Origin: Yuukianura sp. NJ FZ-2021 | Lineage: Eukaryota | Reading direction: 5' to 3' | NCBI GenBank assembly: GCA_046563655.1 | Contig: CM102283.1 | Coordinates: 9,982,001-10,046,000 of the forward strand | DNA length: 64,000 nt | In this document: positions 51,903-64,000 of the stretch, in pieces | Layout: each line of letters begins with the position of its first letter | How positions within the stretch are numbered: the stretch's first letter is position 1 | Notes under the pieces: model-generated | The model's database searches: none | What the model saw: the letters and a program-made list of their open reading frames with translations, nothing else | What the model was told of the DNA's origin: nothing | Translations under genes and position numbers: made by a program

Positions 51903-54510
51903 ATGTCTACTGGCGTGTCGGATCATCAAGTACTCTTTTCATTCTTTCTCAAATATCCATATACAAATTTCCTTGATACGTCTTTGTTGAGTAATGTGGA
52001 CTAATAGTTTCAAATTTCATTGACTTTTTTCAGAAAGCGAGAGGATATGGAAATTTGGGCAAGTCGTTCAACAACAAACGTAAGTAATTAGGGTTCAATC
52101 GTTTACTTTGGAAGAATTCAATTGTGATTTACTTTGTGTAGTTCCGAGTGGACCGAAGGAGCATCATGGGAGTGAGAGCAGAGAAGAAGTAGACTCATGG
52201 AGGAACCAGCAACCACATCATCAGCAGCCCTACTCTGGCATGGGAGGGCCCAGTGCAGACCCCTACATGTCCAGCTACTATCCCTCTTTCCAGTACCCGT
52301 CTGGGAACTACGGAGTGGGTGAAGGGGGGCCTTGGTCCAACGGAGGGGACATGGGGTTCGTGGGGGGCTATTCTGGAGGCGTCCATGAGTCACCCAACTA
52401 CGGTGGAATGGATGGAGGGCTGTTCGGAGGGGGGAATGGTGCGGGATTCGGGAACTTCGGAGGGGGGCAGACATATGGCTACCCATTCCATGGGAATGGA
52501 GACTACAACGCATGGGGACAACCACGCAAACCATCATATGAAGACTACTACCGATCTCGGTATCTAATAAGAATAATAAACTAATAAGTTGATTGTAAAG
52601 TGGAATAATGTTGGATGTTTGCAGGGAAGGAATGTATGGAGATGGGATGAAGATGGTGGAGGGCATGGGTGGTTTGTCGCTGAGTGACAAAGAGCACTCG
52701 TTCAAAGAAATGAAGGAGATGATGAGTGGATCGAAGAAGACGACTTGGGCAACGATAGCATCGCAACCTGCGAAGCCGCAAAGCTTAATGAAGAAGAAGG
52801 CTGGGATTGGTGGGATGCCTCCTCCCCCCATTATGCTAGGTCAGCTCAATTCCTCACAATCCTTACTTTCTTTAGTAAAGATTCAAGTGACATTTGTTTT
52901 TTGAGCAGGAACTTGGGAGAAGAATGGATCTTCTGTCCCAAAAGCACCCATTGCAGCCCCTGTTCAAGCTCCAAACCCACCGGCATGGGAGAGAATGGAA
53001 GTTCCCAAACAGCCACCTCCTGGACCACCTCCGGTTCAGACACAAGTCGCTTCTGGATTTGGCCCACCAACACAAGGCCCACCTCCCACCAACACTTGTC
53101 GGGGAAGTGGTGGGACTGGAGGATTTTCTACCCAGACCAAGATGACTTACAACACACAACCTCCAGCACATCAAGTTTTACCGCCACCTCAACCACCGCA
53201 TTCCCAGCAGCACAACACACCTTCATACAACGCGAATGTGACCCCAACTCCAATTTCTGAGCGACCTACGACTGAGAAGCAGTCTCCTGCGTCTCCACAA
53301 TACCCGGGTATTTCAAATACTGTTTCAAATAATTTGTCAATTAGTTAGCATTTTGAGAACTTTTGAGGAGTAAGTGTTGTTTTCTGGAACAGACGAAGCC
53401 AAGATCAAGAGTGACTACAATCCACCCGATTTGGACTTGAGTGCAGAAGGAGCGCGGTTCTTTGTGATCAAGAGTTACTCTGAAGATGACATTCATCGCT
53501 CAATCAAATATGAGATTTGGTGCAGTACAGAGAATGGTAAGACTTATTTGGAAAAATGTGATCACAGATGAATTGATTTGGTTGTGATTTAGGAAACAAG
53601 CGACTGGACGATGCGTGGCGAGAGCGGGAGGGGAAAGGGCCCATTTATTTGTTCTTTTCTGTCAATGCGTCTGGCCACTTCTGTGGCATGGCTCAAATGA
53701 TGAGTGGTGTGGATCACGAAGCCTCTTCTTCTGTCTGGTGTCAGGTATTTAGCATCTCTTCTTTTGACTTTTAATTTCCTAATTGATTTGTGATTAACAG
53801 GACAAGTGGAAGGGGCAGTTCAAAGTGAAGTGGATTTACGTCAAAGATGTTCCTAATCCAGCCCTCAGACACATTCGACTGGAAAACAATGAGAACAAGT
53901 CTGTGACCAACTCCAGAGACACGCAGGTGAGTCCACAATCTATTAGTTAGTTTTGAGTGGAAGAACTAAGGTTGAGTTTGTTTGAAACAGGAAGTTCCGC
54001 CGGAGAAGGGGAAGCAAGTGTTGAAGATTCTGCACAGCTACTTGCACACAACGTCCATCTTTGATGACTTTGTTCACTACGAGAAGAGGCAGGAGGAGGA
54101 GGATCAACGACGGACAATGGTGCCTTCTTCGGGATACGAGAGAGGAGGTGGAAGAGGGGGGCGTGGACTGCAGCACAACGACCAGCACCACGCCAGAGAC
54201 CGCCAAGACTTTGGACCTCACCGCGACCATCATCACGCTAGAGATCGCCGTGACCAGCACCCACCTCACAACGTCGGAGGCAGAGGAGGAGATCGGGAGG
54301 GATTCGGAGGAAGAGGCTTCGATCGCACTGACGATCACAACAGAGACTTCTATCGGGTAACAGTTGACTAGTTGCACAATAACATTTGTAGTTTTACGAA
54401 TCCTTTGAAAGGATTAACTGGAAGAGTTGAATTTGAAATGTTTTCAGGAGAGAGGAGACAGAGATCACCACCGCGCAAGAGGAGCATCTCGCCCACCCCT
54501 AAGGATGTGA
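51903..54510 (+). CDS. YTHDF: YTH-domain family m6A reader, multi-exon
   Basis: [25 protein letters not shown]-rich region, YTH domain [25 protein letters not shown]...[15 protein letters not shown]...WCQDKWKG...TNSRDTQEVP...TTSIFDDF. Confidence 0.97.
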
Positions 54511-55593
54511 ACCCTCTCTTGTACACGGGAATGTTAGTGAAGTGTTAGTGTACAGTGAACGTGATCCTCCAATGTACAGTTAGCATGTAAATCCCATCAA
54601 CACTTCCAAGTAACTTGTAAAAAGGAAATTGTGGAATTGGTGAGGAGCCGGAGAGGACCGCCCTTTGTACAGACCTACTTTTACTCCACTTTTACTAACC
54701 CCATGTCCCTATGAAACACAAAACACAGGAAACTTCGATCCACCGCAGTTGTCAACCAAGGAACTCGCTTCATTTTGGTGGAAAGTTGAACAAAGTTGCC
54801 TCGATTGGACTCCAGTTTCTGTCCACTTTTCCCCATCCACAACAGACGTCGTTGAACATTTCGTTTGCAGCCTCCTTTCACAGCATTTCCCCCATCAAAT
54901 GAACTGGAACTTAACTTTATCAAACCTTGTGCAAAATCCGAACTCTAACAGGAAAGAAGGTCAAAGGTCACTGCACAAGAAGTTTGGATAGATTGACTCT
55001 CCTTCCCTTGACTCTTGAGTTAAATTCCACTTGAAAATTACTATTAGATTGGCCCTGTGTTGTGCCCACTTCATGTGCAGCAACTCTACCTCCAAACACA
55101 ATACGAATTAGTTACTTTGTGCAGTGAAGCACAAACAACAATTGCAACACTTCTATTTGATTAGTAATGGCGGATTACGAATAAAAACTAGGCCTACAAA
55201 CCACTCAATTCATTCACAAGTTAATTAATCAAAGTTGTAACTTAAACAGCATCTCTCAATTTATTAACTGTAACACTAATAACCTTCATTCAGTTCATTA
55301 AATCCTCTCAGTTGTTTTGTGAATTTTGAGAAATAAAGTTGTGTGAAATGAGGGATAGGACTAAATAAATAGAGTGAAAGTTGAGTTGATTCCTAGAAAT
55401 GAAGAGTAGACACAGTGTTGCTAAACACTCTACAACTTAAATGTAACAAATACAAAGTACACAAACACTCAATTGCTATAAAAAGGGGATTGGGATACTC
55501 TGTTCCAACTTGAAAATTGTCCAATTGAAAAGGTACTTGGGAGTAAACTTGTGCTAAGTAGTTGGAACTTTAGAGGGGACATGGTGAGTGGGT

Positions 55594-58500
55594 TCATGCT
55601 TCCTGCGTCTGCGCATCCTCCGCCCCTCCAGCCGCTTTGTTTTGGTTGCAAATGTTCATGTGCTGGGGCCAGTGTTGTTCCTATAAAACAAAGTTCAATC
55701 AAAATTGAAATTGAAATAATGTTAAAGATGGTGGTAGAAGTTGTACCTGGCAGAGATAGCCACAGTAGGAAGTGTTCCAGCAGCAGTAGAATTGAGCCTC
55801 CTTCTGACACCGAGCACACCACTGCTTCTTCTTCGCCTCCTCCACTGCTCGACTCTTCTCCTGCTCACACTGCCGCTTTGTCTCAATCACACTCCGCCTC
55901 TTCTCGTTCTCCAGACTCTGGCGCAGTTCCCGCATCGCAATTTCTAAACAAACAATTAAAGTTAACACAATGACAAAGAAGTGAAATGGAGAGACTGACC
56001 GTGGGAGTGGCGGAGATCCTGGAGTTCCTTGGCGTGTTTCATAACGAGTGCTTCCTTGTCCTTCTGAGCCACCGAGGCGTCTACTTTCCCTTGGATGGAC
56101 CCTCCATCCAGAATGTCAAATGCAATTTGTTCCACCGTTGTTTTGAGGAGGTCGTTGATTCCCTTGGAACACTGCTGCATGTGAGTGGCCACGGAGTTGG
56201 GCAGAGTCACAGTCCCCGTCCGCCGAACCACTGCTGTCGCCTGCTGAAGTTGGCCTGATTTTGAAGGGACGAGGGCTGGAAGACCATTCACGGAACCTAA
56301 AACACAAAATGAACTTGATCAAGTAATAGGTTGATGAGAAAAGAGTTGAGTTACCGTTGAGGGCGACAGTTGAAGTGTTGAAGGAAGTTGGAAGAGAGGG
56401 AATGGGTGGAATGAGGGGGGCCAAGGGGGTGACAGTGATGGTTCCACCGGGGAGAGTGATGGCTCCAGAGATGGATTGGGCAGTTGTCATCTGAAGAGTG
56501 GAGGACACAGAGGGTAGGGCAGTTGGAGGCTCACTCTTCACTCCAGTCCCACGAATCATGCAAGGTGGACTTCCAGTCACCACGGTTCGTTGACTACACA
56601 AAATCAAAAATAATCACTCATAACCAGAGGCGCAAAACATATGTTCTTAAAACCGGTGAAATATGTATGTAAATATGTAGTAAAAAGCAGCGAAATATTT
56701 ACAATATATTTAGCTATAATGTTAAAAATTGCTACACAACATTAGTTGGGATTGAGTATTACAGAACACCCATACCGGAAAAATTTTGATTTAGTGTGCT
56801 ATTTTTGAAAATTATATTGAAAAAAAAATTATTTCTTAAAAAAATTGGCCGGAAATAAAAAAAACGATTTCAAATAAAAAATTAAAAATTTTGAAAAAAA
56901 AAAAAGAGAGTTAATATTTTTCCGAATTGCGCAAAAATCGATTTTTAAAATCGTGTAATTAATCCTTGAGTATGTTGTGGCTATGTTGTTGCTATGTTGT
57001 GACTATGTTGTGACTATGTTGTGGCTATGTTGTGACTATTTTTGAAAATTACATAAAAAAAATTATCCCAACAGAACACTACATGGACCATTTATAAACG
57101 ACTTGTGCATGACAAATGGTATAAAAAGCCACTTTTTTTTTGTTAAAATCTTAGAATATTTTTTATATCTTTTTTCAAGAAATACTTTTTAAAAATATGA
57201 AAATATGTAATACGTAAGAAAATATGTTTTGCACCTGTGCTCATAACAAAGATCAAAATTTAATGAAAAGATGTTTCAAATTTAAGCATCTCCTTACCCA
57301 ACTGCTGGTCGAAGTTGACGAACTGTGCCTACACTTTTGCCCACAATTTGAACTCGTTGAAGTTGGCCAGCACTCACCGCTGTCTTCGCTTGGCTCAACT
57401 GCTGAATCTGACTTGGCGTGTTCTGCGATCCACCAGACTTTGAGACAACTTTTGCAAGAGGACGAACGAGGCGCCCTCCAGACACGCCCGTAGTCACGAT
57501 CCTCCGAACTTTGTTGGCTCCGTTGTTTGGGGCTGATTTGGGGCTTTCTGCCACCTCTCCTTCTGCGCCAATCGCTGAAATGGAAATGTCCTTGGAAATG
57601 TTGAAGCGATAGCCTGGTTTCGTCTGAGCCTGACTCGAGATCTGGTCCATCAAATCCTGTGCCTTGGACTGCTTATTCTTCAGCTGAAACTCTGGCTTGA
57701 TCCGAATCAGTTCTCTCTCTCCAATATCCTCACTCTTTTCATCATTCGAAGCATTCGAAGAAGCATTGGACATTCGGCGCAGAGACTTTCGAGTTACTGG
57801 AACACTCTTTTCTGTATCCGATTTCTCAGACGTTTCTGACGCTGGACGCTTCACAACACGACGAAGACCCAAAGCAGACGCCAAAATTCCGCTGGGGACT
57901 CTACGTCGTTCCGGCTCTTCTTTTTCAACAGTTTCCTTCTCCTCTTCAGGCTTCTCTTCCTTAGCTGGAGCTTCCACAACTGGCTCTACTTTCACTTCTT
58001 CCGTTTCTTTCTCCATTTCGACTTCAGCTTCACTCTTAACTTCGTCTTCATCAGTTGCAGTGGCTGGAGCAATATCTTCCCTTTCTGGAAGTTCATTCTG
58101 AGTTGTTTCTTCTTCGCTCTCTGCCCCACTGCTGCTGCTGCCATCGCTCTCTTTTCCAGGAGATTCTGGAACTGCTGAATTACTCACTACAGTTGGACTC
58201 GTTTTGAGTGAAGAAATTGTCATCTTGACAACTGGAGTTTTAGACCCACTGTTCCCACAGCTTCCCTTTGGAGTCACTTGTGTCGAACCACGAAGTTGAC
58301 AAGGCTCTTTTGGTGTGTACTAAAATAAACACAGTTTCAAATGGGATTCCTTGTGAATATTAGTTTAAATTCCTTACTTTTGGAAGCATGCGTTGAATCT
58401 GCTCAACTCCAAGAGAGGCGTCCATCACCACTTTCCCTTCACTCAGCCTTACTTCACCAAAAACCGCCTTCAACTTCCCAATATGCTGGTTCAGTTCCTG

Positions 58501-60214
58501 GAAAACAGTCACTTGTTCAATTCCCTGCTTAGTTGGAGGTAAAGATGGGACTTACGTCGACTGCTGCAGCGAGAGCAGCACTTTTCTTGGGTCCAGCATG
58601 GGGCTGGTCGGGGGAGTAGAGGTAGCAGTCCTTCACATTCACCCACGCACGGTCATGCTGCCCAAAGAACCGAACGTCTGCCTGCTCCTCCTTCACTTTC
58701 ATGGCTTTGGCAGGCCAGTAGGGAAACCCCTTCAGTTTAGCCCAAACCAAGATATGCGGCCGTTTCTAAACAAAATGAAACACAAGTGAGACTTTACAAG
58801 TAATTCACTTTCAAAAAATGCTTACACAAGCCTCTGTGAACCAATCCTCCTTTGTATGGGCGTTTGTGTAGCATTCGGGACAAGTTTCAATCTCAGACAG
58901 CTCCTGCTTGCACACTTTGAGCAATCGCTTGGCTGCTGCACTGTACGGAGAAGATGCTAAAACCAAAAACAATCACTTAAGGTTTAATTTTACTTTCAAT
59001 TGAGAAAAAGGAAGTGTTTAGTGTTACCAGAGTTGAAGATGATTGAGTTGTGCACAATCCACTGGACATCAGCCAGAAAAGCTTCCGTGGAGCCATACTG
59101 TCGGTTTTTGATGTTGGTTTCCAGTTTGGCAATGTCCATGGGATACTTGACATACTCAAAGTAATCCTCAGCATCCTCCTGACTCACGGGCTTCAGAAAT
59201 GCATCAGCCTAAAAGCAAAAGAAATGGAGACAAATGAAGTAAGAGTGAATGAGAAGAAGACGTATAAGCAGTATTCTTACCCCTGGAGTCACTTTCATTC
59301 TTCCACAAATGTACTTGAGCATACTGCTCAACTGATCCATACTCAGCAGTTGCATCGCATCCGACCTACAAACAAAAGTCAAAGTACTAAAATCATTAGC
59401 TGGAGGAGAGAGAGAGGAGGGATGAGGAGGGTCCGAACGATCCCCCAACGACTCGTTCTTCTTCGGAACACACAACTCATCTCTTCTCTACACAAGGAGT
59501 GCCCTATCCTCTTCTACATCCACTCCCAGACCAACACTTACCGATGATTTACATTCTCCGCCTTCATGACCACGATGCACTCCGGACAAACACAACTTCC
59601 CTCTTCCGCCTTCGTCTCTGGAGAGTCATGCTGGATGCACTTGGAGTGGTAGGATCGCGGACACACGCGACATCGAATATGAACGTCCAACTTGTGACAG
59701 GCCCAGCAATAGGGGTCATGCTCTCCATCGTCCTCCAGAACTCCTTCACGGGAAGACAAGGCCTGGAACAAACAAGAGTTGAAATGCTAAAGTCAAATGA
59801 TTAGTTTACAATTGGACTTACTGGTGAGGGTGGGTCTGTCTTCGTGCCACTTTTCAAATCGTTCCGAACTAGCTTTGGTTTTGGGCCGTCGGAGGGTGTA
59901 GTGGATGCTGCTCTTTTGCGGGTGACCATTTCAAAGGAATGACCATTGGACTCTGACTCTTCTTGGTCAGCACATCCTTCGTCGTCCCCTCCTTCGGGTG
60001 GAGATGTGTCACTGTTCCTGTCTCCACTGGACACGTCCATTCCAGCATCAAGAGATGGAGGTTCAACAGCTGGTTTCGCTTGAGCCTTCGTTTTATTGGG
60101 ATCCAAGATGTCCTCCAGAGCCACCACTGCAATCGGCCCAACTGAACCCACCTTCACATCCGCCGTTGGTGGGGCCGCCTTCGGAGTCTCTTTATCTGAC
60201 AGAGGTTTGTCCAT
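55594..60214 (-). CDS. ZMYND8: PHD-Bromo-PWWP-MYND chromatin reader (ZMYND8/PRKCBP1), multi-exon
   Basis: PHD (CWACH...[16 protein letters not shown]), bromodomain (YVKYPMD...HNSIIFN), PWWP ([26 protein letters not shown]), MYND ([18 protein letters not shown]). Start taken at CACCATGG, 60214. Confidence 0.93.
56625..57239. mobile_element. Intronic MITE, ~25-bp TIRs, 8-bp TSD CTCATAAC, internal 11-bp minisatellite
   Basis: CAGAGGCGCAAAACATATGTTCTTA / TAAGAAAATATGTTTTGCACCTGTG; TSD at 56617-56624 and 57240-57247; ~6 copies of a TATGTTGTGAC-like unit at 56971-57039. Confidence 0.92.
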
Positions 60215-60660
60215 GGTGATAGTTGGCAGTATCCTGTGTAGAAAAAGTGATAATTAGGTTGTGTTGGAGAGAATAAAGTATAGGAGTTACCTTGTTGGAT
60301 GGTGGATGAGATATTTGAAGAGGGGCTATGTGTAGTGTCCTTCTGCCTTCGCTGTGGACGACTGAGTGAGTTTCTACGCTTTGTGTCCAACTCTCCCGCA
60401 GGAACGAATGGGAAGAGTGCGGTGGAGGTGGAGCTACACTCACCCCACCCACCACCAAGGCCACCATCTCACCCACCAGGCACTGTCGGCAGAACCGATC
60501 TCAGAACGACACACGAACGCCAAACCGGTACCAACCATCCACCTAAACGGCTCTCATTAACTACTGGTCACACATTTGGAAAATTAGGGTAAGAGAAGCA
60601 GCTGACTCACAATTTCCAATTAAGCACTGATTGACATGATTTAATTAACAGAAAATCGTC

Positions 60661-61986
60661 ATGAATCTTGTATCTCCCGTCGTTCGTTGGACGTTGAGGT
60701 CAAGCAGGAGGCAGTTTAGTCAGTTCGCCAAGAGAGACGCTGGAAGAGAGTTCCAGAAGATCCAAGTGATTCATGAGGAGGCCAACAATGGACTCAGAAG
60801 AATCGTCATGAAGGACATGAGAACCAGGTCAAGCCCACTTTATACAAATCACAAGTTAAGAATGATAGTAGTAATTGGAATGTGATTTCCAGGAATGCGT
60901 TGTCCCTGGAGATGATGACTGAACTGGTGGAAGCGATCAACGACAACAAATCCAGCACTGCCCTCCGAGCCATGACGCTGGAGTCAATTCCAGGACCAGT
61001 ATTCAGTGCTGGACACAACTTGAAGGAAATGGTGAATAAAGAAACCACGCACCCATTCTTCGTCTAAAACTAACAATTGTTTAGGGACGAGAGGAAGGAC
61101 TGGAGGGACAGAGGGCCATATTCGCCAAATGCACGCAACTCATGACCTCAATCAGAGTAAGAAACTTGGAACTACTCTACTTTTAACAGTACTCGTTCAT
61201 TAACTTTCTATTTTTGTAGAAGGCGGAAGTTCCTGTGATTGGCGTAGTGAATGGACTGGCAGCGGCAGGTTCAACACATCCAACCATTCAACACCTTTTC
61301 AAAGTTCTAACTGTGACTCTGACTTTGTAGCTGGTTGTCAATTGGTTTCTTCCTGTGATTTTGCAATTGCATCTTGGACTTCCACATTCTCAACACCCGG
61401 GTAATATTTTCCAAATTCAAAACAACTCTCATTCGAAACTGTTCTTTTCCAGTGCCAATTTTGGCCTCTTTTGCTCAACTCCTGGAGTGGGAGTGTCTCG
61501 CGTGGTCAACAGAAGCACTGCTGCATTCATGCTCCTCACTGGAATCCCCATTTCAGCAGAAACAGCACTCCAAAGTGGCCTTGTCTCCAGAGTAGTTTCT
61601 CCCGATCTCTTGGGTAACTCACACTTGAATTCCTTAGTCTTTTAGGCCTACTTTGTAATGAATGGTTTGTAGATTCCACACTCCAAGACATCTACAGCCA
61701 CATCCAGGCCAAGAGTCGCCCTGTTCTCAAACTGGGCAAGGAATTCTTCTACCACCAACTCAACCTCTCCTACGAACACGCCATGAGGTAACACTTTTTC
61801 ATAATTTTAATTACCAGTCTACTTTCATCAGTTCATTAACTTTGTTTTTTTGACAGGGTTGGGGAGGAAGTTATGGTAAAGAATCTACAACATCCGGATT
61901 GCCAGGAAGGAATTCTCAGTTTCAAACAGAAGAGAAAACCCAACTGGACTCATACTTCTATGGATATTTGTACAGAAACTAATTAG
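60661..61986 (+). CDS. ECHDC3: Enoyl-CoA hydratase domain-containing protein 3 (mitochondrial crotonase family), multi-exon
   Basis: RNALSLEMM, GPVFSAGHNLKEM, VPVIGVVNGLAAAAGCQLVSSCD, FSTPG, FCSTPGV, DCQEGILSFKQKRKPNW. Confidence 0.92.
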
Positions 61987-62038
61987 TACAATTGAATTCA
62001 TTAAAGAGTAAGGAAGAACTTTGACTGAGGTTGTAGTA

Positions 62039-64000
62039 TCAGGTAGACACAACGGAATCAACAATACTTGCGGCAGTTTTGCCTGTGAGAAGAGAGTGGC
62101 ATGATTTGAACTGGGCTTTCCAGAAGTGGAGACAGGAGTCCAGGGACTGGAAACACAAGTTCCTCAACCAAATCCCCTCAGCAGTCACACCCACCACCTC
62201 CTGAAACACTTTGTTCTCAAAGGGCAAGTAGGACAGGATGAACTGACCTGGTTTCCGTCTCGACGCAGTGAGGACGTAGTGCGTTCTGTTCGGCTTCTTG
62301 TCCTTGACTCCCTGCAAGTACTTGGAGGCCTCTTGCAGGCTCTCGTAGTCCTCCCTCTTGAAATATTTAAACCGAATCATCTCCCGCGCAAAGGCCGCCT
62401 GTGGATTCACGAACCGAACAATGATTTCATCCAAGTCCTCAAAGTCCACGTTCCCAATGGACAGCACAGACCCCAGCTCAGACTCACTCCGTTTGTCCTT
62501 CTCCACGATGTTGAGGTGCTGGACCACTCCAGGAGCCACGTTCCAACTCAACGTCAACACATCGAACCCCTACAACAATCAAAGTCAACTCAAACTATTC
62601 AAAAATGTCACAGTACCCCAACCACACTCCAAATTGAACAATACAAAGCACAATTTAACTAAACACTATAAAACATTCAAAAATGAATTTAGAAAAAACT
62701 TCTAAGCTTTTTCTAAACGTCGTTCCTTTGATTAATTTGAAATATTTCAAACTTTGTTCGTCATATTGTTCAACCAATTTGGAATCTCTTGGGGTGGAAT
62801 GAGATTTTTAGAAAAAAGTTAGTTTTTTGGTTGAAATGGACTGAAGTTGGATGGTTACCTTGGTGGATGGTCGGAAGATGACGTCGCCCTGGTCCATGTC
62901 TCTCAGCATCTCTTCTGCCTCTGTGAAAGTGATGTTCTTGTAGGAGGGATGAGTGACATTTCGACGGACGAAGCCAGGGAGGGGTTTGGCCACTTTCCTC
63001 AACTGCTTCATTCTTTCACTCTCCGCCTCTTCATCATAGTAGGGGTCCTTGATCGGCCTGGAACCAAAACCAAAGTGTGAACATTTGAACTTGTGCCATT
63101 TTGTAATTGAGATGTTACATGTATTCGTGATTGTGGAGATCGGCTGTGGTGGCGCTGGCTTTGAGGAAGAACTTGGTCGTGTCCACTGAGAGGATTCTCA
63201 CTTGGATTGGAAGACGGAGAGACACGAGTCTGAGAATGTCTTGTGCCCTGGGCACTTTGTCACCCAGTTTGTCGAGGGGGATGATGCCAGTGATCCCATT
63301 GCCCAAACTAATGTGAACAGCATAAATCTCTCCTGGACAAGCGTCCAGGTCAAAGTGTTCCCACAACTACAAACCAACAGTCAGTTAGCACATAATAAAG
63401 ATAGGAGAGCAGTATTTGGACTTACACTTTCCACTTGTGGAAGATGTTGCTCACAGAAGGGGCAAATGATGTGTCCAGTGGCAGGGTCAGTGAAGGGGTC
63501 AACCTCATTCCAGTCTTCCAAAGTAGGCTTCCGTCGTTTCACATCTAAAAACACAAATCCAAAGTTGGTTCATTGTTTTATTTTGTATTTTTGAGTGGGT
63601 AGTGTTACCGTTCATGTAGGCAGTGACCAATTTCCCCTCTCGAACAGTTTCCTCCCTTTCCTTGGTCAAAATGTAGAAGATCTGAGTAGGGTCAGGAACT
63701 TGGAATGGAGCTCTAACTTCATGGTAGGGATGAGCTAGTTCTGTGACGATGCTGTTGAGGAGGAGAGTCAAGTCTCCGTAGCCCTGTCTGCGCAGAGTGT
63801 CAATGTACTTGGTCAAATCCAGTGCCACGAGTCTGTCCAGACACTCTGGCTCCACCATCACTCGCTCCATGATGTCACAGTCACCCACAAAAGTTGACTC
63901 CTCCTCTGATGAAAGGGCGGCTCGAGCCACTGCCAGCGCAAATCCATAGTGCTGCGGATGAATTCTCGTCTGGTCTCTGGGGTCAACGATCGCACTGCAA
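62039..64000 (-). CDS. Divergent Spt6-like transcription elongation factor (3' part: S1-like region and tandem SH2); 5' end outside the window
   Basis: IHPQHY, RRQGYGD, ILTKE..GKLV, CPFC, WEHFDLDACPG, RRNVTHPSYKNITFTEAEEMLRDMDQGDVIFRPSTK, LTLSW, FEDLDEIIVRFV, PGQFILSYLP. Confidence 0.88.

Noticed and set aside
60192-60476. Longer N-terminus for ZMYND8
   Set aside because: Upstream ORFs use non-ATG starts or other frames; the ATG at 60214 has strong context. Not excluded without transcript data.

Overview
Eukaryotic, gene-dense invertebrate DNA (probably an arthropod with a compact genome; most introns 45-100 nt). Ten intact or apparently intact genes alternate strictly in strand: MECR(+), p190 RhoGAP(-), an uncharacterised coiled-coil/BED-zinc-finger gene(+), mRNA capping enzyme RNGTT(-), GOSR2/membrin(+), RpL30(-), YTHDF(+), ZMYND8(-), ECHDC3(+), and a very divergent Spt6-like gene(-, runs off the window). 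Between them are a glycoside hydrolase family 1 pseudogene, five MITEs with 8-bp target-site duplications, a ~22-kb array of ~70 copies of a 315-bp satellite with a dimeric higher-order core, and a ~2.4-kb cassette present twice, each time just upstream of an unrelated housekeeping gene. The most interesting signal is the BED-finger locus. It has tandem candidate alternative last exons in the same splice phase, each encoding a different BED finger. Each intact one is preceded by intronic sequence complementary to one shared upstream site, which resembles docking-site/selector control of exon choice. All gene models were read by eye, with no expression data or database search, so exon boundaries and family calls need confirmation.
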